Notes: a model not told the origin generated them from the letters alone. A DNA stretch of 64,000 nucleotides from an uncultured Spirochaetota bacterium (GCA_963768055.1 CAVYGN010000001.1:1536001-1600000), one strand, 5' to 3'. Shown: positions 27,839 through 39,859, counted from the stretch's first letter. Translations and numbers: made by a program.

Positions 27839-29386
27839 TTAAATCATGAGCGATGCCTGGGCGGCAAATATCTCCATCAAACTCCGCGAGTCCACGTTTA
27901 ACGGTGACCTGGACATCACTGCTATTATGCAATTGATATCTTCGCCCTTTTTCAGGGGAACGGCATATAGATTGCCAAGATCCATCATCTTTTCTACCAA
28001 TTCCGAATCTTTGAACGATATGACTCCTCCGGAAAGTTCGAACAATCCTCCGCTTATCTGCATTATACTGTCTTTTTGAGCTGCATGGAAAAACCCGGGG
28101 CCTATTTTGACTCCGATTCCCATCAAGTCTTTTTTCAATATCTGGTGAAGGGTTTTAATATACTTGTCATTGCCCTTAATCGATTCAATTACCATTTCCC
28201 CCCCGTCATTTTGACGGTCAATGGTGATTACCAAAGAATCGGAGGCGAGATCATAGATCGCATCGGATAGTACTCCGCAAAGATCTTTTTTATTTTTTGC
28301 ATTCATTATTTCAATAATGTTTTGCCGGATTTTCCGAAAGCTCGTCGAATAGAAAATTTCATGATTTTCCATTTCCCGGTTCGAAAGGGCCATGATCCAC
28401 AGCCTGGATAGAGTTTCGATCATTACATTATCCGGAATGGTACGCGAGCGCATAAGAATTTCAACATTACCCATAAAGCCTCCCCTTTTTATAAGGCCCA
28501 GTCCGAATCTGCCGGTAAAGCTTAAAGCGCTTTCAAGTTCCAGGCAGATATCCTCCGGAAGCGCCCCGGACCACATATCATAGAGGCTCAATGGAAGCTC
28601 GACTATGCGGCCTCCGTTGTAAAGGGTTGTTTTTAGTTTGTCCAGCTTAATAAATATTCCTATCGGGGTTGTTCCCAATATCTTATTAAAGGTAAAAATG
28701 TTTTCAGGACTTCCCGAAAGGGCCTTGATCTGAACGCCCTGGTAAACATCATGGTATGAGTTTACAAAAACCAGGCAATCGCCGGCGAATTCCCTTATTT
28801 TCTGGGCCAGGAAACTATAAAGGTCTTCTTCGGGCGAAAGTTCCGTCAGAGATAGGGATGCTTTGTAAAGCAGCATTATTTTTTGGGAATATAACCTTTC
28901 TTTCTCTTCAGCCTGCTGACGGCGGGAATTTTCAAGCCTCATTTCCTCGCTATTCCTCGGATCCCTGCCGATCAGCGTAAAACCCGAATTCTTCCCCTTC
29001 GAGTCCCTTACAAGAGTGCTTGAAACTGTTACCGGAATAATTCCGCCGTCAGAGCATCGGAATTTAATTTCGAAAAACTCAGAATACTTTTCTTCAGCGG
29101 GTAAACGGAATATAGCCCCCATAACTTTATCAGGATCGTTGACAAATTCGCGGATGGATCTCCCGATGACCTCGCTTTCATTGTAGTTAAGCAGTCCGGC
29201 TGTTATACGGTTTAATTTTTTTATAATACCCTTAACATCCGTAAAGATCAAGATATCGCTTAATTTGTCAAGAAATATTCGCGGCATAAGGTTTATTGAT
29301 TTAAACCTGAAAAGGGAGATTACATAACAGGATCCAATAAACAATAATATAAGAAATGATAATATGAGAATGGAAATCAGATTCAT
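27839..29386 (-). CDS. Membrane-anchored PAS + tandem GAF-like sensor without output domain
   Basis: N-terminal TM, PAS (IFTDVKG...N...LLNY..EVIGR, PAC-like end), coiled coil, two similar ~170-aa repeats. Confidence 0.65.
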   Translation of the reverse strand: MNLISILILSFLILLFIGSCYVISLFRFKSINLMPRIFLDKLSDILIFTDVKGIIKKLNRITAGLLNYNESEVIGRSIREFVNDPDKVMGAIFRLPAEEKYSEFFEIKFRCSDGGIIPVTVSSTLVRDSKGKNSGFTLIGRDPRNSEEMRLENSRRQQAEEKERLYSQKIMLLYKASLSLTELSPEEDLYSFLAQKIREFAGDCLVFVNSYHDVYQGVQIKALSGSPENIFTFNKILGTTPIGIFIKLDKLKTTLYNGGRIVELPLSLYDMWSGALPEDICLELESALSFTGRFGLGLIKRGGFMGNVEILMRSRTIPDNVMIETLSRLWIMALSNREMENHEIFYSTSFRKIRQNIIEIMNAKNKKDLCGVLSDAIYDLASDSLVITIDRQNDGGEMVIESIKGNDKYIKTLHQILKKDLMGIGVKIGPGFFHAAQKDSIMQISGGLFELSGGVISFKDSELVEKMMDLGNLYAVPLKKGEDINCIIAVMSRSPLNVDSRSLMEIFAAQASLMI

Positions 29387-29425
29387 TATCGGACCCTCGG
29401 CGCCTTGGCTGCGGGTTTATATCAT

Positions 29426-30304
29426 TTAATCGATGATCTTATTCAGGGGATATTCCACAATACCCGCCGCTCCGAGCCTTTTAAGCTCAGGGACTATATC
29501 GCGCACTATCCTTTCTTCCACGATTGTGTTAAGGGCTACCCACTCGCCGTCGGTAAGCGGACTTATGGTAGGTTTTCTCAGAGCCGGAAGAATTTTCAGG
29601 ATATCCGGCAGGTTTGTATTGGAAACGTTCAACATCAGCCCCACTTTGTTTTGAGCTTCAAGAACCGCCTGAATGAGGATGTTTATCCTTTCGATTTTAT
29701 TCTTTTTCCATGGATCAAGCCAGGACTTTGCATTAGCAATAAGCTGAGTTGTTGAGACCATCACCTCGTCTATTATGACAAGATTATTGGCCCTGAGGCT
29801 TGAACCGGTTTCCGTTATCTCTACGATGGCGTCGGCAAGTGTCGGGCATTTGACCTCGGTCGCACCCCAGCTGAATTCGACATTGGCGCTCACCCCGTTT
29901 TTAGCCAGGTATTTCTTAGTCATTTCAACCGCTTCTGTCGCTATCCTCTTGCCCTCAAGATCTTTTACGGTTTTTATCTGCGAGTCTTTCGGAGCGGCAA
30001 GGACCCAGCGTACCGGGTTAGAAGTGCTTTTCGAATAACTGAGGCCTGCAACAGCTATGACGCTGGCCTGGCTCTCGGCCACCCAGTCCATTCCGGTAAT
30101 TCCGGCGTCAAGGACGCCCTCTTCCACGTATCTTGCCATTTCCTGCGCCCTTATCATAAGCAGGGACAGTTCCGGATCGTCAACCCAGGGGTAGTAAGAA
30201 CGGGAACCTATAGTTATTGAATATCCAGCCTTTCTGAACATCGATATAGTTGCTTCTTCAAGGCTGCCCTTCGGAAGTCCGAATTTCAATATATTATCAT
30301 TCAT
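29426..30304 (-). CDS. hisG: ATP phosphoribosyltransferase (long form)
   Basis: [33 protein letters not shown]. Confidence 0.96.
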   Translation of the reverse strand: MNDNILKFGLPKGSLEEATISMFRKAGYSITIGSRSYYPWVDDPELSLLMIRAQEMARYVEEGVLDAGITGMDWVAESQASVIAVAGLSYSKSTSNPVRWVLAAPKDSQIKTVKDLEGKRIATEAVEMTKKYLAKNGVSANVEFSWGATEVKCPTLADAIVEITETGSSLRANNLVIIDEVMVSTTQLIANAKSWLDPWKKNKIERINILIQAVLEAQNKVGLMLNVSNTNLPDILKILPALRKPTISPLTDGEWVALNTIVEERIVRDIVPELKRLGAAGIVEYPLNKIID

Positions 30305-30313
30305 AAAATAAAC

Positions 30314-30691
30314 CTATTTTTTATATACATTCAATGGATTGAATTTTTTTTCTTCGCCGTTGTATTCCCATGCGCCCTTTTTCCATGTTCTGAAAAAACA
30401 GCTTTCATAACCTTCATGACAGGCGGCTCCGCCCTTCTGGGTTACCCTGTAAAGCAGGGTATCATTATCGCAATCCAGAAGAACCTCTTTTATTTCCTGG
30501 CAATTTCCGGATTCCTCTCCCTTTCTCCAGAGCTTTTTCCTTGAGCGGGACCAGTAAACAGCCCTTCCGGTTTTAACGGTTTCTTCGAAAGCCTCTTTAT
30601 TGGTATAAGCGAGCATCAGGACTTTTCCGCTCGCCGCATCCTGAGTAATAACCGGAACCAGCCCGCCCATTTTATCGAAATCTATATCCAA
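30314..30691 (-). CDS. hisI: Phosphoribosyl-AMP cyclohydrolase
   Basis: [29 protein letters not shown]. Confidence 0.96.
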   Translation of the reverse strand: MDIDFDKMGGLVPVITQDAASGKVLMLAYTNKEAFEETVKTGRAVYWSRSRKKLWRKGEESGNCQEIKEVLLDCDNDTLLYRVTQKGGAACHEGYESCFFRTWKKGAWEYNGEEKKFNPLNVYKK

Positions 30692-30933
30692 ATCAATCTC
30701 CTTATTAAAATCTGCCGGATATATATTTTAAGACCGGCACCGCAAAATGTCAACAGACCGGAATCGAACGATTTCTTTTTGACATTGCCAAACGAATTTT
30801 GCCCCAGGTAATTACAGATCCGGGTATGACTATTTGACTATTTTCAGGCTTTCTTCTAAAATCAATTCGGATAAGGTTATCACAATTATATTCCTTAATT
30901 TTTCCGGATCTAAATTATTTTCAGGTGCATAAA

Positions 30934-31974
30934 ATGAATTATGAGGGTTTTATAGAAAGAATCAGTACCAATCAAATAGCAGGATGGGTTTATGACAGGG
31001 ATAAACCTGACGAGCCGGTAAAACTTGAGATTTTTCTTTCCGGTACCTTATTGGATGTAGTGAGCGCCGACAAATATCGCGCTGACCTTTCCAATGCCGG
31101 GAAAGGTGATGGCAGGCATGGTTTTTATTACAATTTTAATAAATCGATTGATAAATCCGATTTAAAAAATATAAAAATCAAGATATCTGGAACAAATATC
31201 AGATTCGATAATCAAAATACACTGATAGCATTTAATAAGAAAAAAAAGGGGTTCGCCTTTCTTAAATCTAGACTGGAAAAAATAATTGAATTGATCGGTT
31301 TGGATTTTAATATGAGGAATAATGCAAGTTATTTTTATATAAACGGTGAAGGAATTGAAATCGGGGCATTGCATTACCCTTTATGGGTTAAAAAGAAAGT
31401 TAAAGTCAGATATGTCGACAGGATCAGCAGGGAAGAACTGCATAAGCAATACCCTGATATGGATAATTTAGTCAGTGTCGATATAATCGACAACGGTGAG
31501 AAACTTGAGAACATAAAAGATGACTCGCTTGATTTTATTATTTGCAATCATATGCTCGAACATTGTAAAAACCCTTTGGGAACAGTTAGAAACCATCTAA
31601 ATAAAATAAAAAGCAAAGGCGTTTTGTATTATACCGTACCGGATAAAAGATTTACTTTCGATAAAGAAAGGGAATTGACAAATTTCGAACATCTTGTTCT
31701 CGATGATAAAAATGAGGGCAATGTTTCTCATTACAATCATTACTATGAATGGGTAAGGTATTGCGGCAAAATAGAAGACGAGGCAATGATAAAGGAGCGG
31801 ATCGAATCGTTAATCAAAATAAATTACAGCATACATTTTCATACCTGGGAATTATACTCTTTTTTGGATTTCCTGAATAAATCCAAAGAATATTTGGGCA
31901 ATATTTTTGAAATGGAATTATTCCAGTTTAATAAAGAAGCCGGGGAGATTATTACTATATTAAGGAAAATCTGA
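30934..31974 (+). CDS. SAM-dependent methyltransferase with N-terminal accessory domain
   Basis: GIEIGAL, DFIICNHMLEH, VPDKRFTFD; N-terminal GW...RADL...GF module. Confidence 0.75.
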   Translation: MNYEGFIERISTNQIAGWVYDRDKPDEPVKLEIFLSGTLLDVVSADKYRADLSNAGKGDGRHGFYYNFNKSIDKSDLKNIKIKISGTNIRFDNQNTLIAFNKKKKGFAFLKSRLEKIIELIGLDFNMRNNASYFYINGEGIEIGALHYPLWVKKKVKVRYVDRISREELHKQYPDMDNLVSVDIIDNGEKLENIKDDSLDFIICNHMLEHCKNPLGTVRNHLNKIKSKGVLYYTVPDKRFTFDKERELTNFEHLVLDDKNEGNVSHYNHYYEWVRYCGKIEDEAMIKERIESLIKINYSIHFHTWELYSFLDFLNKSKEYLGNIFEMELFQFNKEAGEIITILRKI

Positions 31975-32069
31975 TTATTTTTCCAGGTGCATAATTTAGA
32001 ATAGAACCTCATTAAATAAATTAAAATTATGATCATCTTGAATTAAAAGTGTCGAGGAGTTGAACCTCT

Positions 32070-32822
32070 ATGAAGATATTTATCAGGGTTTTATTGTTTA
32101 TATCAGCATTTACATTTGCATATTCCGCTACTACAATTGACGACTGCATGAATTTGAGGATTTACTTCGGCCTGCCGCATGAAAAGACCGCAGATGTTAT
32201 AACCGAATATAAGAAACGCATTGAAACCGACCCTGACGATCATTACGCGTATCTCGCTCTCGGGGTTATTTACACGGCTCTTGCATCGACGCTTGACGGA
32301 CCTGATAAATCCGCGGTTCAGCCGGCGATAGATTACACGGACCGTTTTCTGCTTACGGATTCTAACCAGGTTTACGCTATTTGTTATAACGCGCTTGATC
32401 ATGGTTTGCGCGCTAAATATTCACATAATGTCTTTGAACAGCTTTATGAGATCGATATCTGCGTTAAAAAAATAGAGAAAGCTTTTAACCTGGCTAAAAA
32501 TACGGACAGCGAACTGTTTGTCAGGCTTACCAGGGGCTGTATCGACGCCGACCTGCCTGATTTTTTTAATAAAAGGAAGCAGGCTATTGCCGATTTCACA
32601 AGGCTTGAAAGCGCTTTTGAGACTAATAAAAATTTGTCCGGAGAAATGATTATAGTCTATTACTATCTGGGAGAGCTGGCATTTCGCAAGGGCGATATCG
32701 ACAAGGCCCGGGAATACTGGCAAAAATCCATAGATATGAACCAGTTTGTCAAGATGGATTTCGCGGAAGCGAGATTATCCCAGAAACGTCTGGATGAAGC
32801 ATTGAATTCGGCAAAAAAATAG
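32070..32822 (+). CDS. Secreted TPR-repeat protein
   Basis: Signal peptide; AYLALGVIY and YYYLGELAF...AREYWQK TPR-like helices. Confidence 0.7.
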   Translation: MKIFIRVLLFISAFTFAYSATTIDDCMNLRIYFGLPHEKTADVITEYKKRIETDPDDHYAYLALGVIYTALASTLDGPDKSAVQPAIDYTDRFLLTDSNQVYAICYNALDHGLRAKYSHNVFEQLYEIDICVKKIEKAFNLAKNTDSELFVRLTRGCIDADLPDFFNKRKQAIADFTRLESAFETNKNLSGEMIIVYYYLGELAFRKGDIDKAREYWQKSIDMNQFVKMDFAEARLSQKRLDEALNSAKK

Positions 32823-32833
32823 GAGGATTTTTT

Positions 32834-33946
32834 ATGAAAACAGTGTTTTTATCGATCCTGAAATTATTTATTCTGCCTGAAGCAATATTTATTTTATTTA
32901 TTATAAATGTTGCTTATACTGAAAATGTCCCCTTTGTAACAGTTTCCGGGACTGAGTTCAGGATTGTGCCGGGCAGCTTCTTTAAGTTCATCGGGGCAAA
33001 TATCGATCCCTGGCGTTTCATGACCGGAAAAGGCGAAAAATACTCTAAGTCAGAAATCGAGGAATGGGTGGCTGACGCCGTTTTATTGACCGGCTCCAGG
33101 GTCGTAAGGATGCATATGAACGGCGGGGCTTTCGAACCCGAACCGGGAAAATATAACGAACAGGCCTTCGAGCAGCTTGATTACCTGCTGTCATCCTGCG
33201 CCGTTCATCATGTCTTTCTAATTATAGCGTTAAGGGACTATTTATGGGGGCCCTGGCCCCCGGACGCCTCGGACCCTTACTGGTACGTCGAAGGCGGCGG
33301 CCCCGATAAAGATTCGATCCTGAAAAACGAAAAAGCGAAGAACTTTTATAAGAGTTTTATCAAATTCGCGCTTAACAGGACAAACACGGTTAGCGGCTTG
33401 ATTTACAAGGACGACCCTTCAATATTCGGATGGGAGCTGATAAACGAACCGAAGATAAATACCGGAATTAAAGCCTGGTTCAGGGAATTCGGAGATTTTG
33501 TAAAGTCGATCGATCAAAACCATCTCGTATCCGTAGGCGTCGCGGGTTCTGAAGCGGCATGGTGGGAACCGGGAAGCAAAAACTGGTCGGAAATAGATGT
33601 ACCCCAGCTCGATTTTATCGATCTTCATTACTATGCCGATCCTTCCAATTATATGCCTGTAGATAACGGTAATATTTCCAGATTGAAGTGCAGGGTCAGG
33701 AGCGTACTCGCATTGAAAAAACCTGTCATTATAGGCGAATTCGGGTGCACAGGAAATAACCCGGCCCCGACGATCCTGAATCTTTACAAAACAGTCCTTG
33801 GCACCTCTTTCGGCGAGGGATCCGCCGGTGCGATCTTTTATTCATGGGGCCCTCCGGGCCCGCATGGCTGGGGCGGTAAAGGAAGTTTTAATCTATATAC
33901 TAACGACACCGAACTCTGCGCTTTGATAAAGAACTTTGCCCCCTGA
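32834..33946 (+). CDS. Glycoside hydrolase family 5 (mannanase-like)
   Basis: WELINEP acid/base, IDLHYY, IIGEFG nucleophile; signal peptide. Confidence 0.85.
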   Translation: MKTVFLSILKLFILPEAIFILFIINVAYTENVPFVTVSGTEFRIVPGSFFKFIGANIDPWRFMTGKGEKYSKSEIEEWVADAVLLTGSRVVRMHMNGGAFEPEPGKYNEQAFEQLDYLLSSCAVHHVFLIIALRDYLWGPWPPDASDPYWYVEGGGPDKDSILKNEKAKNFYKSFIKFALNRTNTVSGLIYKDDPSIFGWELINEPKINTGIKAWFREFGDFVKSIDQNHLVSVGVAGSEAAWWEPGSKNWSEIDVPQLDFIDLHYYADPSNYMPVDNGNISRLKCRVRSVLALKKPVIIGEFGCTGNNPAPTILNLYKTVLGTSFGEGSAGAIFYSWGPPGPHGWGGKGSFNLYTNDTELCALIKNFAP

Positions 33947-33952
33947 TGAGAC

Positions 33953-34023
33953 TTGTCGTTTCGAGCGTAGTGTTTATCCCGACCCGGCAGGGCGGATAAA
34001 CGCTTCGCTCCTCGAAATGACAA
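33953..34023. repeat. REP-like palindromic element, copy B
   Basis: TTGTCGTTTCGAG...CTCGAAATGACAA; shares CCCGGCAGGGCG with copy A. Confidence 0.7.
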
Positions 34024-34180
34024 TACTTCGTTTAAGAAAATTACCTTCCAAATTAATTCAAATTGTGTGGTCTTACTTAAGTTATTATTAAGTAACTTAA
34101 TTCTTATAAAACTTTATTTTTTTCCCGTCCTCCTTTAAAATATATTCTAAAATTCAGTTTTGGAAGTTTTAGGAGGAATC

Positions 34181-35251
34181 ATGGCTTATAATATCGCAGT
34201 GATCAGCGGAGACGGTACAGGCCCTGAGGTTATCGCCGAGGGTATAAAAGTACTCAAAACCGCGGAAAAGAAATTTAAACTTAAACTTGATTTTCACTTT
34301 TACGATTTCGGGGGAGAAAGATACCTCAAAACAGGAAAAATCATTTCCAAGGAAGAAATCGACGAACTTAGAAAATACGACGCCATCTACCTCGGGGCCA
34401 TCGGACATCCCGATGTCAAGCCCGGAATTCTCGAAAAGGGCCTCCTTCTCCGGATACGTTTCGATTTAGACCAGTATATAAACCTGAGGCCCGTAAAGCT
34501 GTACCCTAATGTCGCAACTCCTCTGAAGGATAAAGGTCCGGCCGATATCGATTTCATCGTCGTCAGGGAAAACACCGGGGGTATATACACCGGTCACGGC
34601 GGTGCGACCAGGGAAGGCACCGTGGACGAAATAGCTTCGCAGCTTATGATCTACGATAGAAGGACTGTCGACAGGTGTCTAAAATATTCATTCGAACTTA
34701 AGAAAAAGAGAAACACCCTGAAAAAAATCTATAGCGATAAGCCCCTTCATCTTGTTCACAAGCGGAATGTATTAACCTACTGCGGCGATCTCTGGTACAG
34801 GGCCTTCGAGGAAATGGGCGAAAAACAATACCCCGGCCTCAAACGCGATTACGCGCATGTTGACGCAACGACAATGTGGTTCGTAAAGAATCCGGAATGG
34901 TTCGATGTAGTAGTGACGGAAAATCTTTTCGGCGATATAATAACCGACCTTGGCGCAATGATCCAGGGAGGAATGGGGATCGCGGCCGGCGGCAATATAA
35001 ATCCCGAAGGCGTGTCAATGTTCGAACCCATAGGCGGTTCGGCCCCGAAATACACCGGCCTGCATGTGATAAACCCGGTGGCGGCCATAGAAGCCGGCAG
35101 GATGATGCTCGAAGAACTCGGCGAAAGAGAAGCAGCCCAGGCTATTGAAAAGGGAGTCATTTTCGCTTGTTCAAAGATGAAAAGCCAGTCTGCCGGTAAA
35201 ATGGGATTTTCCACCGAACAGGTGGGCGACATGGTGGCCGGAGCGATATAG
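34181..35251 (+). CDS. leuB: 3-isopropylmalate dehydrogenase
   Basis: GDGTGPEV, INLRP, VRENT, NLFGDIITD, FEPIGGSAP. Confidence 0.9.
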   Translation: MAYNIAVISGDGTGPEVIAEGIKVLKTAEKKFKLKLDFHFYDFGGERYLKTGKIISKEEIDELRKYDAIYLGAIGHPDVKPGILEKGLLLRIRFDLDQYINLRPVKLYPNVATPLKDKGPADIDFIVVRENTGGIYTGHGGATREGTVDEIASQLMIYDRRTVDRCLKYSFELKKKRNTLKKIYSDKPLHLVHKRNVLTYCGDLWYRAFEEMGEKQYPGLKRDYAHVDATTMWFVKNPEWFDVVVTENLFGDIITDLGAMIQGGMGIAAGGNINPEGVSMFEPIGGSAPKYTGLHVINPVAAIEAGRMMLEELGEREAAQAIEKGVIFACSKMKSQSAGKMGFSTEQVGDMVAGAI

Positions 35252-35341
35252 CTTTGCCCTCATTGTCAAGGAAATCATGATCAAGTTTTGTTGTTTTATT
35301 TCATAATTAGTAAATTTATAATACAAGGTTTATAATAAATT

Positions 35342-37609
35342 ATGGAAATAAACGAAGAACTGAATAAAATTATCCTGGCCGGATACAATGAGGCAAAGGC
35401 CAGGCGTCATGAATATTATACGCCTGAGCATCTTCTTTACGCCTCCCTTTTTTTCAACAGCGGGATCGATATCCTTGTCCATTGCGGCGGGAATATCGAA
35501 AGCATGAGGCTCAACCTTGAATCTTATTTTAAAAATTACAACGAGCCCGTAAACGATGATGTCGAACCCCTCGAATCCCTGGGCCTCCAGAACGTCCTAA
35601 CGAGGGCGCTGTACTCTTCAACCGATCCCCATAAAAAAGAAATTACTATAGGCGACGTTTTTATTGCTATAATGGATGAACAGGATTCCTTCGCATCCTA
35701 TTATATTACAAGGGAAGGCATAACCAAGCTCGATCTTCTGAATTATATCTCTCACGGTATTTCCGTAATACCCGATGAAGCGATTTCCCGGCCTTCTCAA
35801 ATTAAGCCCGACGAAGAGCTCTTTACCGATAACAGCGCTGAAAAAGAAAATAAAAAAAGCATTCTCGGCTATTACACGTCTGAACTTGTTCAAAAAGCAA
35901 GGTCCCATGAGTTCGAACCCCTTATAGGCAGGGAAGACGTCCTCGAAAGGACCATCCAGGTCCTTTGCAGAAGATTTAAAAACAACCCTATCCATGTAGG
36001 CGAACCCGGCGTAGGAAAGACGGCCATTACCCAAGGCCTCGCTTACCTTATAGCCAATGACTCCGTCCCCTCGGCGCTCCGCAATTCTAAAATTTATTCG
36101 CTGGATATGGGCTCCCTATTGGCAGGCACCCGCTACAGGGGCGATTTCGAAGAAAGGCTGAAAAAGATCATTAACGAACTCCTGCTGATGGACAGGGTAA
36201 TTCTCTTTATAGACGAGATTCACACAATTGTCGGCGCGGGCGCTGTTACAGGCGGATCGCTGGACGCGTCGAATATTTTAAAACCGGCCCTGATGTCCGG
36301 AAAATTGAGATGTATAGGGACCACGACATACGAGGAATACAGGAAGTATTTCGAGAAAGACAGGGCACTTTCAAGAAGGTTCCAGAAGATCGAAGTCGTA
36401 GAACCTTCCCTGGAAGAGACCTTTCATATCCTGCAGGGGCTTAAAAATAATTACGAGGAATTTCATAAGGTCGCATATACTGTCAAGGCATTGAGATCCG
36501 CGGTGGAATTATCCTCCAAGTATATTAACGACAGGCATCTGCCCGATAAAGCCATCGATGTGATAGACGAAGCCGGGGCCCTGATGAGGATAAAAAGAGG
36601 TTCCGATCTGAAAAAGAAAATCACTGTCCGTGCCGGGGATATCGAAAAGATAGTTGCTAAAATGGCGAGGATCCCTGAAAAATCGGTATCGTCAAGCGAG
36701 ACGGACAGCCTCAAAAACCTGGAACATGAACTTTCCAATAAAATATTCGGCCAATCTAATGCGATAAGGATGGTTGCCGATGCGATAAAAAGGTCGAGGG
36801 CGGGATTCCGTGAAGAAACAAGGCCTGTAGCGTCATTTCTGTTCGTAGGGCCGACAGGCGTCGGGAAAACCGAACTCGTTAAACAGCTGTCGCAGTGCCT
36901 TGGAATCCCGCTGATCCGTTTCGATATGAGCGAATACCAGGAAAAGCATACGGTCGCCAGGCTCATCGGGGCTCCTCCGGGATATGTAGGATACGAGGAA
37001 GGGGGCCTTTTAACCGAGGAGATCCGTAAAAAGCCTTATTCCGTGCTTCTTCTCGATGAAGTTGAAAAGGCCCATCCGGATATTTTCAACACGCTCTTAC
37101 AGGTGATGGATTACGCCACCCTTACGGATAATTCAGGCAAGAAGGCCGATTTCAGGAATGTGATAATTATAATGACAAGCAACGCCGGGGCGAGGGATAT
37201 GGCGCAGACTTCCATAGGATTCAGCGAAGGGGATGAAAAAAGAAAGTCGGTTTCCAAAGCGCTTGAGATGTTTTTCTCGCCTGAATTCAGGAACCGGCTC
37301 GACTCGGTTGTTCAATTTAACGCCCTTGACAGGAGCATAGTAAAAGAAATAGTGAAAAAACAGCTGATGGAATTTCAGGACCAGCTTAAAGCAAAACATA
37401 TCATTTTAGAGTTCACCGAAAAATGCCTCGATTTCCTTACCGACAGGGCTTTTTCAAAAACTTTCGGCGCCAGGGAAGTTTCCCGCTGGATCCAGGATAA
37501 GATCAAAAATTACTTTGTCGATGAAGTACTTTTCGGAAGTTTGATGAAGGGCGGAAAGGTAACGGCCGACGTTGCCGGGGATGATATCAAAATAAAGCCT
37601 ATGATATAG
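35342..37609 (+). CDS. clpA: ATP-dependent Clp protease ATP-binding subunit ClpA
   Basis: Two AAA modules (GEPGVGKT, GPTGVGKT), no ClpB middle domain, RFDMSEY. Confidence 0.92.
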   Translation: MEINEELNKIILAGYNEAKARRHEYYTPEHLLYASLFFNSGIDILVHCGGNIESMRLNLESYFKNYNEPVNDDVEPLESLGLQNVLTRALYSSTDPHKKEITIGDVFIAIMDEQDSFASYYITREGITKLDLLNYISHGISVIPDEAISRPSQIKPDEELFTDNSAEKENKKSILGYYTSELVQKARSHEFEPLIGREDVLERTIQVLCRRFKNNPIHVGEPGVGKTAITQGLAYLIANDSVPSALRNSKIYSLDMGSLLAGTRYRGDFEERLKKIINELLLMDRVILFIDEIHTIVGAGAVTGGSLDASNILKPALMSGKLRCIGTTTYEEYRKYFEKDRALSRRFQKIEVVEPSLEETFHILQGLKNNYEEFHKVAYTVKALRSAVELSSKYINDRHLPDKAIDVIDEAGALMRIKRGSDLKKKITVRAGDIEKIVAKMARIPEKSVSSSETDSLKNLEHELSNKIFGQSNAIRMVADAIKRSRAGFREETRPVASFLFVGPTGVGKTELVKQLSQCLGIPLIRFDMSEYQEKHTVARLIGAPPGYVGYEEGGLLTEEIRKKPYSVLLLDEVEKAHPDIFNTLLQVMDYATLTDNSGKKADFRNVIIIMTSNAGARDMAQTSIGFSEGDEKRKSVSKALEMFFSPEFRNRLDSVVQFNALDRSIVKEIVKKQLMEFQDQLKAKHIILEFTEKCLDFLTDRAFSKTFGAREVSRWIQDKIKNYFVDEVLFGSLMKGGKVTADVAGDDIKIKPMI

Positions 37610-38567
37610 GGAGTACCCTTATGCTCCCGTCGAGCTTTTCATCAAGGTAATTCTGGATCGCGTAAAGGGTTCCGGTCGTGCTGGCCGGGCACCCCCGGCA
37701 TGCCCCGATGTAATTAATATAGACATCGGTATGTCCGTCGCTCTCTTTTAAATCGACGATTTCCATGCTGCCTCCGTCGGCCTCAAGCATGGGTTTTATC
37801 TCGTCTTCGAGGATTTTTTCAATAGCCTTGAGTTTCTGGACAACCCCCATATCCTTAAAACTGATAGTTTTCATAGATTCCTTGACCTGTTCTTTTTCCA
37901 TTTGCGCCCTCACTTCTTTTAATATATCCACAAGATAATATTTCCTCATTTCATGGCCCCCGGGCCGTAAACAGCTTTTGCAAAAAGCGCCTGCTTTGGT
38001 GTATTGAGTGATCTGTTCGACGGTCTTCAGGTCATTTATTCTTATAACCTCTTTGATCGTACCGAGGGAGACCCTTGCGCATTCGCAGACAATCTCCTCG
38101 AATTCAAAAGAGGACATTTCAACGCCCTTATAGATAGAAGCGGCCTTTTTTATCACGTCATAAGCCATAACACTGCAATGCATCTTCTGGGGCGGAATGG
38201 AGGGCGTGTCCTCGTCGTCCCTCATCGCCTTTTCAACGTCAATGTTGGTGATCTTTATCGCCTCGTCGACCGTTTTCCCGATGCACATTTCAGCCATTGT
38301 GTCGCTCGAGGCGATTGCCGTTCCGCATCCGAAACTTTTGAATTTGGAATCCAGGATTATATTCGTCCCGGGATCGACGGCCCAGTAAAGCCGGACGGCG
38401 TCTCCGCAGGCTTCGGCGCCCCAATCTGCGACTATGAGCTTCGCCCCCTTTACCGCGACTTCCTCCTCTGTTATTTCACCCCGGTGAACCGGATTATTCA
38501 TCTTTTCGCTTACTTTATTCGAATACTGCTCCCAGAGAGCCCCGCCTATTAAATCTTTTTTCGCCAC
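37599..38567 (-). CDS. nifU: Fe-S scaffold NifU (IscU + 2Fe-2S + Nfu domains)
   Basis: ACGD, FGCG, KMHCS, CEC...GAFCKSC, GACRGC. Confidence 0.93.
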   Translation of the reverse strand: MAKKDLIGGALWEQYSNKVSEKMNNPVHRGEITEEEVAVKGAKLIVADWGAEACGDAVRLYWAVDPGTNIILDSKFKSFGCGTAIASSDTMAEMCIGKTVDEAIKITNIDVEKAMRDDEDTPSIPPQKMHCSVMAYDVIKKAASIYKGVEMSSFEFEEIVCECARVSLGTIKEVIRINDLKTVEQITQYTKAGAFCKSCLRPGGHEMRKYYLVDILKEVRAQMEKEQVKESMKTISFKDMGVVQKLKAIEKILEDEIKPMLEADGGSMEIVDLKESDGHTDVYINYIGACRGCPASTTGTLYAIQNYLDEKLDGSIRVLPIS

Positions 38568-38590
38568 AGTTCCCGCCTGTAAAATTTTTG

Positions 38591-39799
<1,209 letters not shown>

Positions 39800-39859
39800 T
39801 CAACATTTATGGGCATTGAAGTTCATGCCATTTCGAGCATGGTATTCACCTTAAAAACA

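Noticed and set aside
27839..27842. MITE-caused truncation of the PAS protein
   Set aside because: Reconstructing the empty site leaves the same TAA stop.
27636..27932. 98-aa ORF
   Set aside because: Mostly MITE sequence and overlaps both neighbours.
34073..34100. dif site
   Set aside because: Lacks the TTATGTTAAA XerD arm.
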